Positions 49,521 to 62,868 of a stretch of DNA of 64,000 bases are shown piece by piece. Each line of letters starts with the position of its first letter. Position 1 is the first letter of the stretch. The position numbers and the translations under genes are program-made. The notes under the pieces are model-generated. The model searched no databases, had not been told where the DNA came from, and saw only the letters and a program-made list of their open reading frames with translations. Source of the DNA: Rhina ancylostomus (taxonomy: Eukaryota); NCBI GenBank assembly GCA_030265395.1, contig JARFYF010000094.1, positions 92,328,721 to 92,392,720 on the forward strand, read 5' to 3'.

Positions 49521-51658
49521 GCTGAGGGACATTACTTCAGCTGCGTCCAGCTACACTGTTTCTAGGCTTTGCTTCTCTTCAGTTGGACATTGCAATGGTT
49601 CTTCTGCACTACTGGTACCCTTCTACCCCATCACCTCAGTAGTGTACCTCATGCCAGAACAAGAGGATTGAGATTGGCATTGGTTAAAATAATCCAGTAA
49701 ATCGTTCCTACACCGTCCTAAAATCTTGACATTTTCCTAAAGTTCGACCATAATACTCCATCTGAAACCTAATCAGTGTTTTGGAAGTGTTTAGCAGCTC
49801 TTGTGATGTGTGCCACAATTAAAAAAGACAAAAATTCCAGCAAAAGCTGTTTAAAAACTTCGAAGATGTGTGCACATTCACCCACCTCCACGTTTCCCTG
49901 CTCCTACACCCACTTTGTCACAATAGTGGGGCAAAGACAAGGAGGGAAAGCAGATCAGGGGAGGCACAGACGTAATGTGGACAATGAAGCACTCACAAGG
50001 GGCTGGCACGTCAGTTCACTTTTAAGGCAATTAGAGTCTCTATAGCCCATTCACTTGATGGTTGCCTTTCGTGATCTGCCTCAGCTCTCCTGCGAGTCTG
50101 TTGCTGGTTTCCCTCTGAGTGGAAATCTTTAGTTCATAGGAAAGCNNNNNNNGTTAGCTGCAGTTTTTTTTTGCTTCCTTGACTACATGCACAAAATTCA
50201 TTCATCATCAACGGCAAGTAACAAACTCAACAGAGCAAAATCTGAGTGCTTTTAACATTCTCACTTGTATCGAATAGCTGGCAGGAGTCCAGATTCACAT
50301 TATCACAAAGTATTTAATAGAATTGTTTCAGTCTTTAATGGTCTCATCAACAAAAATAGGTAGATGCAGGAGAAAGGAAGAGACTGAATGGAGGCAGCAC
50401 GGTAGCAGATTTGTCACTGTCTTATCAGTGCTATTAGATTGCCGAAACATGCAGAGAAAAATCAATTGAGAGTTTATAGCACATCAAAATGTTTTTTGTC
50501 TTTAACGTTGACAATTGAATTAATTTGCTAATGTTCAAAGTATCTTAATGTATCGATTTTGCCAGGGGCTCGGTGTAATTCATTTTAATGTTTCCCCCAC
50601 AAGGCCCACCAAGACCCAGCAGGGTGCAATCTGCACTCAATGTGTTTAATTTACAGATTTAGCTCATTTACCACCATCCTCACTGCTCATTCACAGGCCA
50701 ATTCACAGTAAAGAGTGACAACAATCATCAGGCAAGCATGTAAGGAGAAAAAAGAATTGCCGGCAATGGGAACATATAAGCCCGATGCAGATGTGTGGCA
50801 ATGGTACCCATGTAGGAATGGGGACACTGCACTGGAGTACAAGAAATCTGCTATTTTTGCATCTTTGCAAATGGTGCAAAAGGGGCAGTGAATCGGACCA
50901 GCAGAAACGAATTACAAGATTTGATGCCGGATGTTCTGTTTTGGCCAATCCTTCACTCTACTCATTAGTTCCAGGTTTGACCTGCCCTGAAAAACTTGCA
51001 GTAAAGAGACAGAGTGTCATTTTAAATGTAGAGATAAAACCAAAGAGGCTCATCTCCAAAAATACAAGGAAATTAGAAGACAGCAAATGGCCAGAAGTTT
51101 GGAAAAAGACCACCTTCACCAAAATAATGGCTTTTTATCTTGATGAGGATTTTAAGAAACCTTCCCTCTTCTCTCATTTCCTGAGTGAGTGATGACAAGG
51201 CAATCATATATTTGTTTCACCCATGAACATATTAAAAATGTTTTCCTCTTCCATATTATAATGTGTCATCAGGAAAAGAGCTTTCAATCAGGCCTGCCTT
51301 TTCAAGAAGGACAGGGAAAAGGGTGAGATGAAGGATGGGAGTAATTGCAAAAAAGAGGCTGGTGAGAAACCAGAGAGAATCAGGGAGAATTCATAACACG
51401 AGAGAAATAAACATGAAACAAGGAATGAAGGATAGAATTGTGAAAGTCTTAAAATATATGACAGATATCTAAGATTTTCCTTGTTTGTGTTGGATGTTCA
51501 GTTTTTCTCCAACATTCTTTTCAATATATTATATTACATTAAGTTCTCAATATAATGCAAACGTTACAAAGGAGTGATTTAAACTTCCATTGGTTTAAGC
51601 ACTGATGGATGGACGTTGAAGTGTTGGTTCCCTCTGTCATAAACTTGGACTACTTTAC

Positions 51659-51725
51659 CTCTCATTAAAATGTGGAGATAAAATATCATTTATAGCAGCT
51701 GATGTCCTGGCTGATGCAGACAGTC
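51659..51725 (-). pseudogene. Short exon-like segment
   Basis: Acceptor tcatgtttactcacag, donor GAGAG|GTAAAG, phase 1 to 2; (G)LSASARTSAAINDILSPHFNE, phase-compatible with 54016-54376. Confidence 0.45.
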
Positions 51726-51999
51726 CTGTGAGTAAACATGATAAGATGTCTTGCAGGGCATTGATGTAATAACACTGTCCTTTTAATGATGAAATTGTAA
51801 CCAGTTTCACAAGATCAAGAGGCAAAATGGCCTGGCAGAAGAGATTAAATTGTTTGTTTAAGGTAATATTGGCAAAAAAAAAGTTCCTTTCTCCTTCTGG
51901 TGGGTGCCAGCTGATTCCTGAAACAGTTCTCTTCTTTTTGCCCACTGGAGATGTTGTTGCTCTGTTGGAGGTACCTGCACTTTCAGATGGAAGCAAAGG

Positions 52000-52205
52000 A
52001 CCCCACAGCATTTGACTTAACCTGACGTCCAACATCCAGGCCAAGATTTGTCTTTCAACAAAGATCACTAAAAAAAATTATCACATTGTCACATTGCTGT
52101 TTGTGGGATCAAGTTGCATGCACATTGGCTGCCATGTTTCCTACTTTGAAACTGAGATTATACTAAATTAGATTGGCTCTGGAATGATTTAGGGTGTCCT
52201 GGCCT
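52000..52205 (+). mobile_element. SacSINE1/Deu-like SINE 3' part
   Basis: atcacattgtcacattgctgtttgtgggatc...cacattggctgccatgtttcctac...attggctctgga. Confidence 0.55.
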
Positions 52206-52214
52206 TCTGAGAGG

Positions 52215-52812
52215 ACTGGGTTTCAAGAGGACGTAAAAGCAAGGATGTACAGCTGAGGCTTTATAAGGCATTGGTCAGTCTGCATTTGGAATATTGTGAG
52301 CCCATTGTGGACCCCATATCTCAGGAGGGATGTGCTGGCCCTGGAGAGGGTCACAAGGAGGTTCACAAGAATGATCCCACGAATGAAAGGCTTAACACAT
52401 AAGGAGTGTTTGGTATCTATAGGCCTGTACTCGGTGAAGTTCAGAAGGATGAGGAGGGGATCTCATTGAAACCTAATGGATACTGAAAGGCCTGGATAGA
52501 GTGGATGTGGAGAGGATGTTTCCATAAGGAGAGTCTAGGCTCTGAGGGCACAGTCTCAGAATAAAGTTACATTCCTCTAGAACTGAGAGCAGGAGGAATT
52601 TCTTCAGCCAGTGGGTATTGAAACTGTGGAATTCATTGCCACAGAGTTCTGTGGAGGCCACGTCACTGGATGTACTTAAGGNNNNNNNNNNNNNNNNNNN
52701 NNNNNNNNNNNNNNNNNNNNNNNNNNNNNNNNNNNNNNNNNNGCCGTGATTAAATGGTGGAGCAGACTTGATGGGCTGAATGGTCTAATTCTTCTCCCGT
52801 ATCTTATGGGTT
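52215..52812 (+). mobile_element. CR1 LINE 3' fragment
   Basis: SKDVQLRLYKALVSLHLEYC...DVLALERV..RFTRMIP, ending aaatggtggagcagacttgatgggctgaatggtctaattcttctcc. Confidence 0.9.
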
Positions 52813-52914
52813 TATGAAAGACATTGTACAAAAACAAAGTATCCACAAAGGCCGACTTCTGTGTGAGGTTGGCAGCAGTGAGCAGGATCAGCAATTCAGA
52901 TCAGTATGCAGAGA

Positions 52915-53725
52915 GTAGGCTGCAAAGGGATATAGGTAGGTTAATTGGCAGGCAAAGACTAGAATGTAATGTAATGTGGGAAAATATCTAATTGTTCATT
53001 TTGGCAAGAAAAATGTTTAAAAGAAGCATATTACCTAGAAGCGAGAGATTCACAGAATGCTGAGATACAGCAGGATCTGGGTGCCTGATTCAAAAAAGGA
53101 GGTATATGGAAAGCTTACATCATGTCATCATTTATTGCAAGGGGAACTGAGTACAAAGGCAAGGAAGTTATGCTTTGGTTATTTAGGACATGGATAAGTC
53201 CACATCGTGAGAATGCACACAATGTTGTTTTCCTTAATTAAGGGAAGATATTAATGCATTGGCAGCATTTCACAGAAGCTTTACGAGACTTGCAGCTGGA
53301 ATGGGTGGGTTGGAGAGGCTCGGCTTGCTTCCACTGCTGTTGAGAAAAATGAGAGCTGACTTGACTGAAACACAAGACCCTGTGAGATGTTGACAGTTGG
53401 ATGTGCAGAGGATGTTTCCTCCTGTGGGAGAATCTAGGAATAGGGGATCACAGTTTAAAAATGAGGTTTACTTATGTAAGATGGAGATGAGGAAAAATGT
53501 TTCTTCCGAGGATTTGTGTCTTTGGAACTCTCTTCCTCAAAAAGCAGTAGAAGCAAACTCTCTGAATATTTTTAAGACAGGGGTTGGTTGATAAGCAAAG
53601 GAGTGTAATGCTACTATAGGTAGATGGGAATGTAAAACTGAGTCTACAATTTGATCAGATATGATATTAACTGGCGGAGCATGCTCAAGGTGCTGAGTGG
53701 ACCTCTCTTGCTCCTAATTCATATA
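52915..53725 (+). mobile_element. CR1 LINE 3' fragment (older)
   Basis: ORF remnant DVQRMFPPVGESRNRG...LWNSLPQKAVEANSLNIFKT; tail ggacctctcttgctcctaattc. Confidence 0.85.
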
Positions 53726-53771
53726 TTTATATCCTTGGCTGAGATTAGAAACTCAACAAAGCCCAACAATT

Positions 53772-54010
53772 GGAGACACAATAAAGACTGCAGATGCTGG
53801 AAATCTGGAGCAATGCACAAAGCACTGGAGGAACTCAGCAGGTCAGGCAGCATCTATGGAGGGAAATGGACAGTCAATGTTTCAGGTCGAGACCCTCCAT
53901 CAGGATTGGAAAGACAGAGGGGAGAAGCCAATAGAATAGGGTGGGGAGAGGGGTTGGTGCAAGGGCTGGTGGGTGATAGGTGAATCCAGCTGAGAGGGGG
54001 AAGATGGGCA
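53772..54010 (-). mobile_element. Penelope-derived repeat
   Basis: actgcagatgctggaaatctggagc...ggaggaactcagcaggtcaggcagcatctatggagggaaatggacagtcaatgtttcaggtcgagaccctccatcagg. Confidence 0.7.
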
Positions 54011-54015
54011 GATAC

Positions 54016-54433
54016 CACTGAGATTCATCTCCCCATTTGAAACAGATGCGTCAGCTTCCATGTTACTATTATCATCTAATTTAGTTAACGTCTTGTGCCA
54101 TTGCTCAGAAATAAAGTTTTGGTTTAAACCACTGAAATTGGTGTCATCTGGGGTTATTTTGAATGTGAGCTTCTCCATCCCTTCCAGAGAGTGTTTCACC
54201 AAACAAGAGCCTAAAGCTTGTGGTAGGTCATGAGGATCTGCTACAATTTCAGGCAAATAATAATGACCAAACACCTGATAAACTACTGATGTAAAAAAAA
54301 TATTCTGGATGTGTGCATCTTGAGAGACGTCGTACAGATTCCCCTGTGAGTAAGTATCTCTGGTTGCTTCTGCCATCTACACAGCCAGCTCAGATGACTT
54401 TTGTTCAGTTTTGCCAGAAAAACAGCTGAAAGC
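54016..54433 (-). pseudogene. Largest exon-like segment
   Basis: 120 open codons MAEATRDTYSQGN...HDLPQALGSCLVKHSLEGMEKL...EMNLS (54376-54017), donor G|GTATCT. The frame continues upstream through one TAG (AFSCFSGKTEQKSSELAV*), or that TAG is the acceptor. Confidence 0.55.
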
Positions 54434-57254
54434 CTAGGACCCATGTTGTTTCTAGATTAACAACAGTGCCAGCTTGGCAACCATGCCTCTCCAGTTTGTC
54501 TGGTGTAATATTAGACTCCACAGTGCACACAAGTTTGCAGTGCGTCAGAGTAAGCATATTTTCAAAAAGATTAGAGCTCCAGCATTTTCAGGGTTAAGAT
54601 CCTCATTTTGGTTGCAATGTGTGAAGGAACAAACAGCAGTTATGTTATAATGACTGGCAGTTACATCTCCAAAGCATTCAAACTCAGAATAATTTACAGA
54701 ACATGACTGGTTTCAAACATGACCATTTCTTCCTTCAAAACAGAAGCTGGGATGACTGTTAGTGCAACTAAAATTTGTTTTACTTGAAGGCCTTTAGGCT
54801 TTTTGTGAAGTCATTGATTTTTCTCGAATGCCCTTGCTGCCCTGTTATGGTAAATATATTTGCATTTTCAAAGTTAAAACAATATTTTCAGGACCAATTA
54901 AAGGCAGGATAATTGTATATCACCAACTTTAAAAAATAGCATTAGGAGTATTTTTATGTTCATTGTTAGCAATGAGTTGATAGAAATAGTAAAAAAAATC
55001 CCTGCTTTATAATTCTGCATGATTCATGGGCCATCTGGTTAAATAATTAGGTTATCCTAAGTGTTGCCCTCCTATCCTCTTCCTCCAAGTAAATGACAAT
55101 AAATCTTCACAGCTCTTGTCCACAATTTACACTAAATGTTCAATCTCAACACATAGTCTCCAGTTTCTATGGGCCGCCCGATGTTGGAAAGTATCATATT
55201 TCTCTCCTCCGCTTCATCCTTCCAACATCTCTTTCATGCTTGGTTGCTTTTACAAGGCATAGTTTTGCTGTGGCAACAGAGATTACAGAGAATCAAACAG
55301 GTAAAGGCCCCAGGCAATGTGGAAACAGAGTAGGTCTAAATTGGAGGCACAGGGTTGTGGTTTTATCCCCATTCGCATCCTGAACCTCCAACCACAACAG
55401 TTGTACAAATTGCCTTGTAGTCTATTGCTCTGACAGACACTGCTATCCTGAGGCCATATGTGATACACACCAAAGTAACGTATTATACATTGAATGATAT
55501 TAACCTCAGTAATTAAACTGTAAACATGATTGATAACCTTGATCTCATTCCAAATTTTCAATATTTATTTTATAATAAAGCAGATGGAAAGAATTTCCCA
55601 TGAAAGGTTTGCTTTTTAAATGAAGAAATAATTCAACACTCCATTCTCTTTTTGTTAATACAGACAGTACCTATGTACTCATTTAGGTACTTTTCTACTC
55701 CTAACATTGTCTTGATTCTAACACACTACTGTCTGTATATTTTTAGGGCCATTTTCTTTATTATTCTCTTTATATTTAAAATTGCTTGCTGGTTGAGAGG
55801 ATACAAGCCACTCTGACTGACAACCACTCTCTGATATAGACAAAGCACAATCATCAGGAGGTGTTGACTAATCCATTGATTTCCCCACTCCAAGACCAAG
55901 AAACACTTTTGCTTCACCATTTTTCCAGTTCAAATTCAGTCTGGAAAGATATCTTGGGGAGAAAATTGGAAACTAGAGCACAAGGTCTACTATTACAAGA
56001 TAGGATATGCAACTCCAGTATTTGCCACAACCCTCCTATTACACTGCACCTTATGTGACTGAAAATGGGCTTACTATTGAGTCAACCACAAAAACAAACA
56101 TTTCCATGACATTTAATATCCCTCTGGAAATTCATCAGAAGTATTTCTGATGATTTCTACATGTGACACATCAATTAATGCTGCCCTTGTGAGGCATGAT
56201 AGGAAAATTAGACTATGTTGTTCTGGAAGTGCTTATTGTTGAGCATCACTTAGACAGATCCATCTTTGCAGTGTAACACAAGAACAGGATGGCAATAACG
56301 CAAATTTTATCGTTCGTGCCCCAGATCCCCAGCCACTAATCACCTACCCATTGCCTTCCTCCAAGTGGCCCTAGGCCTTGACCATGCCACACCTACTGAT
56401 TTCCTCCCCAATCATTTGTTTGGCTCAAGCCCTGACCGCCAACCCCACCCAATGCCTGATGTTTGAACCAGCAGGCCCATGACCAAAACATCTATTGATG
56501 TTCCATTGCTACAGCGATCTCTCGCAGGTGCACTAGAAATTATGGGCAACAGCTCACCAGGTTTAAATGATGAAAAATTCATGCTGTGAAGGTTTGGAAA
56601 GAATGAATGCAGATGCAGAGGCAAGGGACACGAATGGATAACTACCCATCGTTCAGCTTGCTCGCATGATCAATACTACAACCAAACTTATTGAATGGAC
56701 ACAAAGCAAAGGAATGGATAACTGTCACCTTGTTTGTAGGATCAATGTGCTACCAAAATTAATGAGCAGAAGTTGCAGGAAACTTAGCTAAAGCTTTGTT
56801 CAAGTAGCTCCAGTTTTGCAAAGATTTCCCCAAAAGCCTTTTGGGAAGAGATAGAGACAGAGTGTGGGGCTTGCATTTAATTATCACCTTTCAGGTTCTC
56901 TGCGGACCTTGTGGCATCTTACAGCAGCTGAATATTGCACTAAGTGAGAAATTAAAATATCTGCCAGCTCTCTCTGATGGGTGTAAAATATCCCACAGTG
57001 CTGTATAAAGAAGAAAAGACTTATTGCCATGTCAATATTTATCCTGCCACCAATCTTACATAAAACAGATGATCTTGTCATTCCTATAATGGAATATTGC
57101 TGTGCACAGAGTGATTACACTTCATTAGCTATAAAATGCATCTCCCAAGGACATGAGATCATGAAAGACATTATAGTTGACTTGCGTTTAGCATGGCTTC
57201 ACCAGTATAAAATCAGATGGATCAGTTAGCTTTCATTGGCTGGTTATGAGCCCA

Positions 57255-57485
57255 GCATTACTCTTCAACTCTTCTTCAAATAGTTCAGTGGAATCTTTGA
57301 CATTTACATGAGGAAAAAAACAGTCCTGTGGCTTAATCCATTAACTAAAATTAGGAACCCCTGGCAATGTGTCACCCCTTCAGTACCACACTGACTGTCA
57401 GTTTGGATTAAGCACTCAAGTGTTGGGAGTGAGCTTGAACCCACGATCTTTTGATTCAAAGCCAAGAGTGCCAGTTGACTCAAAT
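57255..57485 (-). mobile_element. SacSINE1/Deu-domain SINE
   Basis: tcttcaaatagttcagtggaatctttgacatt...cttcagtaccacactgactgtcag...gcttgaacccacgatcttttgattcaaagccaagagtgc (reverse tRNA head). Confidence 0.7.
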
Positions 57486-58714
57486 GAAATTGAAGAGGAG
57501 AAGGGCGAGGAGCGATGAAGTGTCCTTGTGAAATTATAGACATGAGTTGCACAGCAGCTTTTATCATAAACCTTTGAGATACTTACCATTAGTTGACAAA
57601 CAAACGGCATTGTCACAATGGAGTATTCAAGGTAAGTCTCATTTCTAAGGATGTTTTTAAGAACAGTCTCTAACTGTTTTCTTCATTGCAATCGGCCTCA
57701 TTGACAACTTGTTCAGGCAATCCTGGTGTGAATAGCATGAGTGTTATAAGACTGGTTTGTTTTTTATATGTACTAATTAATCAATGCTGACACTGAGCCA
57801 CATCCTGCCTCCTCCTTCATTAGTTTAATTACCTATTTATATGGATGAGGCTCTTTGCTCCATGCATCTCATTATTGTATTAACATGCTTGCATAACAAA
57901 CAGTTTTGCTATTGTTAATGTTGCATCGGGCACTTGTATTCAGAAGCTTGGGGTGTATGACAGTTTCAGTTGTAATCAGTTTGAATTACCTTATTTATTC
58001 TGCTACTTTTACAATATATGCATTTTATTTATCAGAACCCTGGCAATTAAACATCATTCCCTAGTTAATGTGAAATTCTGTCTCATGCTCCTTTGCATAT
58101 GACATTAGGCTAAGAGAGCTGAGAAATGCATCAGGATTATTTTATAACATGGTGTCAATTAAGGTTCATTCAGACTTTCACATCAGCATATGCTACTGCT
58201 TAGATACAAGATTTCCAACATAAATGTGAAAAATGCACCATATTAAGGTATAAGTATGGAATTACACTTTAGGGAAGTGTTTCATCCAGATATCAATCTG
58301 GGGGCAGATTATGACCTCTGTTTTTTTCAGGAATGGATTTGTACAATAAACCACTGCCACCCCTTCTAAAATCCTCCCTCCACCACATAGCGCCATAGGA
58401 CATTTTTCTTCAATTTTGTTTTTGTTTTCCTCCCCAGTTTGCTCTGTTGTACAAGAAAGTCCAAAAGATATGGTGCATACCACAATCCCTTCCTGCAGAG
58501 ATGTTCCCTACCAACCTTTGGTAAAATGCTGGTCAGCCTCCGACCGGAGACATTCTGTGGGACCCAGCCTGTACTGGGACCTCTCTCCCTGTGTTGTCTT
58601 TGAAAAACTCAGTCGATCCTTGTTGTGTTACATCTTTCCACCCCCTTGTTGGGTTTTATTTGTGTCACTGATTTCTCCAGAATGAAAGTGCCAATCAGTT
58701 CACATTTACATGGT

Positions 58715-58892
58715 TCATCCCCTCCATCATCAGTTTTCTGAACAATCCATGAACCCATGAACACTACCTCATTAATCCTTTTCTTGCACTATTTATTTTT
58801 GTAATTTATAGATCTTTATGTCTTTGCACTATATTGCTGCTGCAAAACAACAAATTTCACATCATATGTCAGTGATAATAAATCTGATTCTG
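58715..58892 (+). mobile_element. Rex/Babar-type LINE 3' tail
   Basis: ccatcatcagttttctgaac...ttgcactatttatt...gctgcaaaacaacaaatttcacatcatatgtcagtgataataaatctgattctg. Confidence 0.7.
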
Positions 58893-60309
58893 GTAGCTTT
58901 CCAGTGTTATGCAATTTGGCCCTAACCTTGGATACCCTACATCAGTTTCCCATTCTAACATTTTTTTGTTGCTGGTTTAAAGATGGTAAACTTTCTCTTG
59001 ATAGTTTGTGATCCCTATTTCGATTAAAAAAAACACTGTGCCTTCCAGAAGACACTTAAGAACTTTCAGTTACTTAGGTTATTCCCAGTGGAATGAAATC
59101 CTGACATTGGTCAAAGATAGAAGTCTCAAGCTAAGTTTCCACATGTGGTGAAATTCTGAAGAATCTGATACCCAAGCAAGATGATTCAATTACCAAACTG
59201 CAGCATGTCTAATAAATCAAAAAATATGGCTTTGGAATGGATTATGACAGGTGGGATTAAATCTCAGCCTTTCACTAACTACATTCCTTCTGATCTGGGA
59301 TATGACTTTCTTCCAACCAACATTTGGTGATGGAGCAACACAACAAAATTAACAGAAACTTTTGCTGCTGCATTTAACCTACAGAACATGACACAGCCCC
59401 TATTGTGATTTCTCAGAACTTGGAATGTGGAAGAATAAACAGTATGACTACACAGCATGTTATTGAAGCACCAGGCAAGCAGTAGCAACAGACAATGCAA
59501 CAGCTTTTAATNNNNNNNNNNNNNNNNNNNNNNNNNNNNNNNNNNNNNNNNNNNNNNNNNNNNNNNNNNNNNNNNNNNNNNNNNNNNNNNNNNNNNNNNN
59601 NNNNNNNNNNNCAATGCAACAGCTTTTAATGTTTTTACAGAAATTTGAACTCATTTTCCCTCTTCCTGGACAAAAATAACAAAAGACTTTCCTATCCAAA
59701 TAGTATAAAAGCTGGACTTACTATTATACCATAGTCTACCATAGATAAAGTGCACATGACAGTACACAGTTGGTCTAAAATCCCAGCTATGTTTGAGCTA
59801 ATGAAAGGTGCTTGCAACAGATACCTTATGGCTTCAATTAGTCAATCCTATAAATGATCTGAGTACCTTAACTTCATTGGAATTGAATTTTATCTGTTTT
59901 ATTATCTGGGAATAATCCAATACTATTCCCTTGTGATTTGGAAAGGCCTATTATTTCAATATATCTGAAGGTGGAACTAATTAACATGAAGTAAAGCAAA
60001 GCTTAATACAAGTCATTAGGCAGCTTTATTTCACAGTAGGGTAATCATACTCACCGACAGTTGGGATGATCTTCTCTGACTTCAGTTGGTATAAATGCTG
60101 TAGTTTACAGATTCAGTATAGAGTACACTCTATTCTTCTCATTATCAATAAATCACCCTACTTGACTTGTGATCAACATCTGGTTCTTCTACTCTCCTTA
60201 CCTTAGACACACACAGCTTTCCCCTTCGCAAGATTTTACACCAAGCATGTGAGTCTTTATTTTTCCTCCTTCCTGCCCCCACAGGAAATTGGGGGCACAC
60301 TTCCTCTCT

Positions 60310-60447
60310 AGTGGACAGGCACATGGATAGAAAACGTTTAGTGGGATACGGGACAAAGGCAGGCAAATGGGACTTGCTTAGATGGGCATCTTGGTTGGTA
60401 TGGACTGGTTGGGCCGAAGGGCCTGTTTCTGTGCTGTATGACTCTGT
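60310..60447 (+). mobile_element. CR1 3' tail
   Basis: ggacaggcacatggatagaaaacgtttagtgggatacggg...ttgggccgaagggcctgtttctgtgctgtatgactct. Confidence 0.85.
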
Positions 60448-60965
60448 CGTTGGTCAGAAGAATTACCAAAGGGTCACCAGTCAAAGATGTTATTAGTCTC
60501 TTCCCTACCAACCACCACTCCCACCTCCAACCCACTTTGAAGCAAACTAAGTAATACTCAAGAAGCAGAGGCTTGATCTACTTCCTATGGTGTGCATCTT
60601 TGTTGGAGCTCCTGGTTTGAGATAACATCTCTGGTACTCCCAGTTGCTTGTAGTATCAATGGTTAGCCCTAATAAATATTCTGCAATTTTTTTTATACTT
60701 ATGGCCTTCCTTATGTTCCCTGGTGAATACCCAGCTTTTAAATCCAAACCCTTTTCCTTCAACTACTCTCTGAAAAAATAGCCAAAAGGATCAGAATCCC
60801 AGACTTCAACATGCAGTTTGAGAGGTTCCAACACTCTTCTGGATTTAATAGGCTTATGATGATGCCAGCAGTTACCAAGTAGTTCTTCCAGTAAGATCAA
60901 CACCAGTGGGTTTATAAATAAGATGTAATAGCACATCAAGACCTCGTTAGCATCCTTACACCTAC

Positions 60966-61171
60966 CACATGTGGAATGTGGGAGTTGCAGACAAATAGGA
61001 TGTGTGGATTATATCCAAATTAACAATGGCTTTGTTGCAAAATAGATGTAAAGAGACCAGTTACATATTAAAGTTTTTTGATGGAAGTCTCTTTTATGAA
61101 AAAAGGTGTTAGATAGAAGCCAAGTGACGAGAGAGGAGGCAGAACATTTGTTCTTCCTTTGAGCAGTGGAG
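60966..61171 (-). pseudogene. Pseudo-exon resembling the RGSL1 N-terminal region
   Basis: Acceptor tttactttgaaattcag, donor G|GTAGGT; SSLVTWLLSNTFFHKRDFHQKTLICN recalls RGSL1 KGLLTWLEKCRLPFFCKTNLCFHYILCQ; one in-frame TAA. Confidence 0.5.
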
Positions 61172-61324
61172 CTGAATTTCAAAGTAAAATTCAATACAGG
61201 TATTTATGGAAATGCTGCATATTGAGTTAATACAGATACAGAGAAATTTCTACCCCAAGAATATGCTAAAGTGAACTAGAAATCAAAGAAAGATTATCTT
61301 CCTTCTCTCAGTTCACATGTACAT

Positions 61325-61396
61325 ATTCTCTTTTTTTCTTATATTTATAAGATTTCTTATATTTATAATTTTTTCTTATATTTTTTCCTTATATGA
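61325..61396. repeat. AT-rich short tandem repeat before a gap
   Basis: Repeated tttcttatattt-like units. Confidence 0.6.
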
Positions 61397-62459
61397 NNNN
61401 NNNNNNNNNNNNNNNNNNNNNNNNNNNNNNNNNNNNNNNNNNNNNNNNNNNNNNNNNNNNNNNNNNNNNNNNNNNNNNNNNNNNNNNNNNNNNNNNTGAA
61501 AGTTTTGACTTTTAAAAATTTGCCCTTTGTATAAAGCAGAGGCAGAGTTCATAATTAGATAAAATCTTGAATTGATAAAATGCCTTAAATATTATTCTTC
61601 CAAACCATAAAAGCATTATTTGTATTTTGCAATAAGTGACTAATGCTCATGTAGATTAACATTATTAATCAATACATTCTGGTACAGTGATCTTCTCGAG
61701 CATTATTATCAGACTTTTGCTAGCCGGTACAAAGGAGTGTGTAAATGTGAGAAAATTTAAATTTATCGCTGTTACGTCTGTGGATGTGTAAATTCAACCC
61801 ACCCTGACAAACATGACCTACATTAAGAAAAAGTTTTATTGATATGATGGAATTAAACCACAGCTAATAGAGATCAGAGCAGGTGCAACTCTGTAAAACA
61901 TATAAATACAAACAAAAGATTGCCTACTGGCACCCAGCCAGAATCTAAATACCATGCTTTATCACTCCCTAATATCCCCCTCTGCGTGATTAGTTTAGTA
62001 TTGATACTGCTACTGTGATCCCAAGCAGAACACTGCCTCTCCTATTATTAAGAAAGACCTTGTGATTTTATTTTAGGCAATCATTAACTAAGCACAGTGC
62101 TTACTGCATTTACTGATTTGATTAACTATTACGTCACTTGAAGCCAAGACTATAAAACAATCTTCAGTGACATTTAAATAACTCAGGAGTAGCTCATTCC
62201 CTTTGTGCAATGGACAATGAAAGGGCAGATCAGAGAATGGGGAAATGAGATGATCAGCAAAGCACACAATCCAGTTTACTTAATGAGAAGTATTTCCTAT
62301 CCCTTCAATAGTAAAGGATCACAAAGTAGCAATTGAATCCCTAAGTTAGTTACAGCTTTAATCCTGCAACTGGATTCTTAATGCTGAAGTTTAATTATTT
62401 CTGGTTACAAGCTTGTGGGAAGGATGGTTTATATCATTGTGACATCTACTGAGGAGCAG

Positions 62460-62820
62460 ACACTCATTATACTAAGGAGATTTCTGGTGTTCAAACAAGC
62501 AGTGTTGACAGGGTGGTGGTTTGATGGCACAGTATGAAGCTGGATTAAGTTGCGATGGCCCACTGGGCAGCAGAATGTGTGCTCCCTCGTGTGGTTGGCT
62601 CATGAAGTTGAGCTGTCTGAGGTGTCAAGAGTCAAAGGAATGAACTCACTAAGGAGGGGAAATCAGTGGGTGGTAATGGGAGTGACCTTGGAGGGGTGAG
62701 GCCAGGTGGGCAGTCTTGGACATCTCCTGGAAGTTGGTTCTGAAGCAGCCTTGGTAAACAGTAACAATAAGGCATTCTTCTAGTTCAGGTCAGAGGTAGG
62801 GCGCATGGCACCTGCAGTAG
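62460..62820 (-). mobile_element. Possible decayed Harbinger transposase fragment
   Basis: GC-richer block with weak similarity on the minus strand to the HARBI1-like catalytic region. Confidence 0.25.
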
Positions 62821-62868
62821 AGGAGGTGGGAAGGCAGAATCACATTTATGAGACTTCACAATGAGTTA

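Noticed and set aside
50785-51192. 135-aa plus-strand ORF
   Set aside because: No homology cues or consistent splice chain on the plus strand
56127-56157. Hairpin tcatcagaa-gtat-ttctgatga
   Set aside because: A short AT-rich stem can arise by chance in 64 kb, and it is too short for a miRNA precursor
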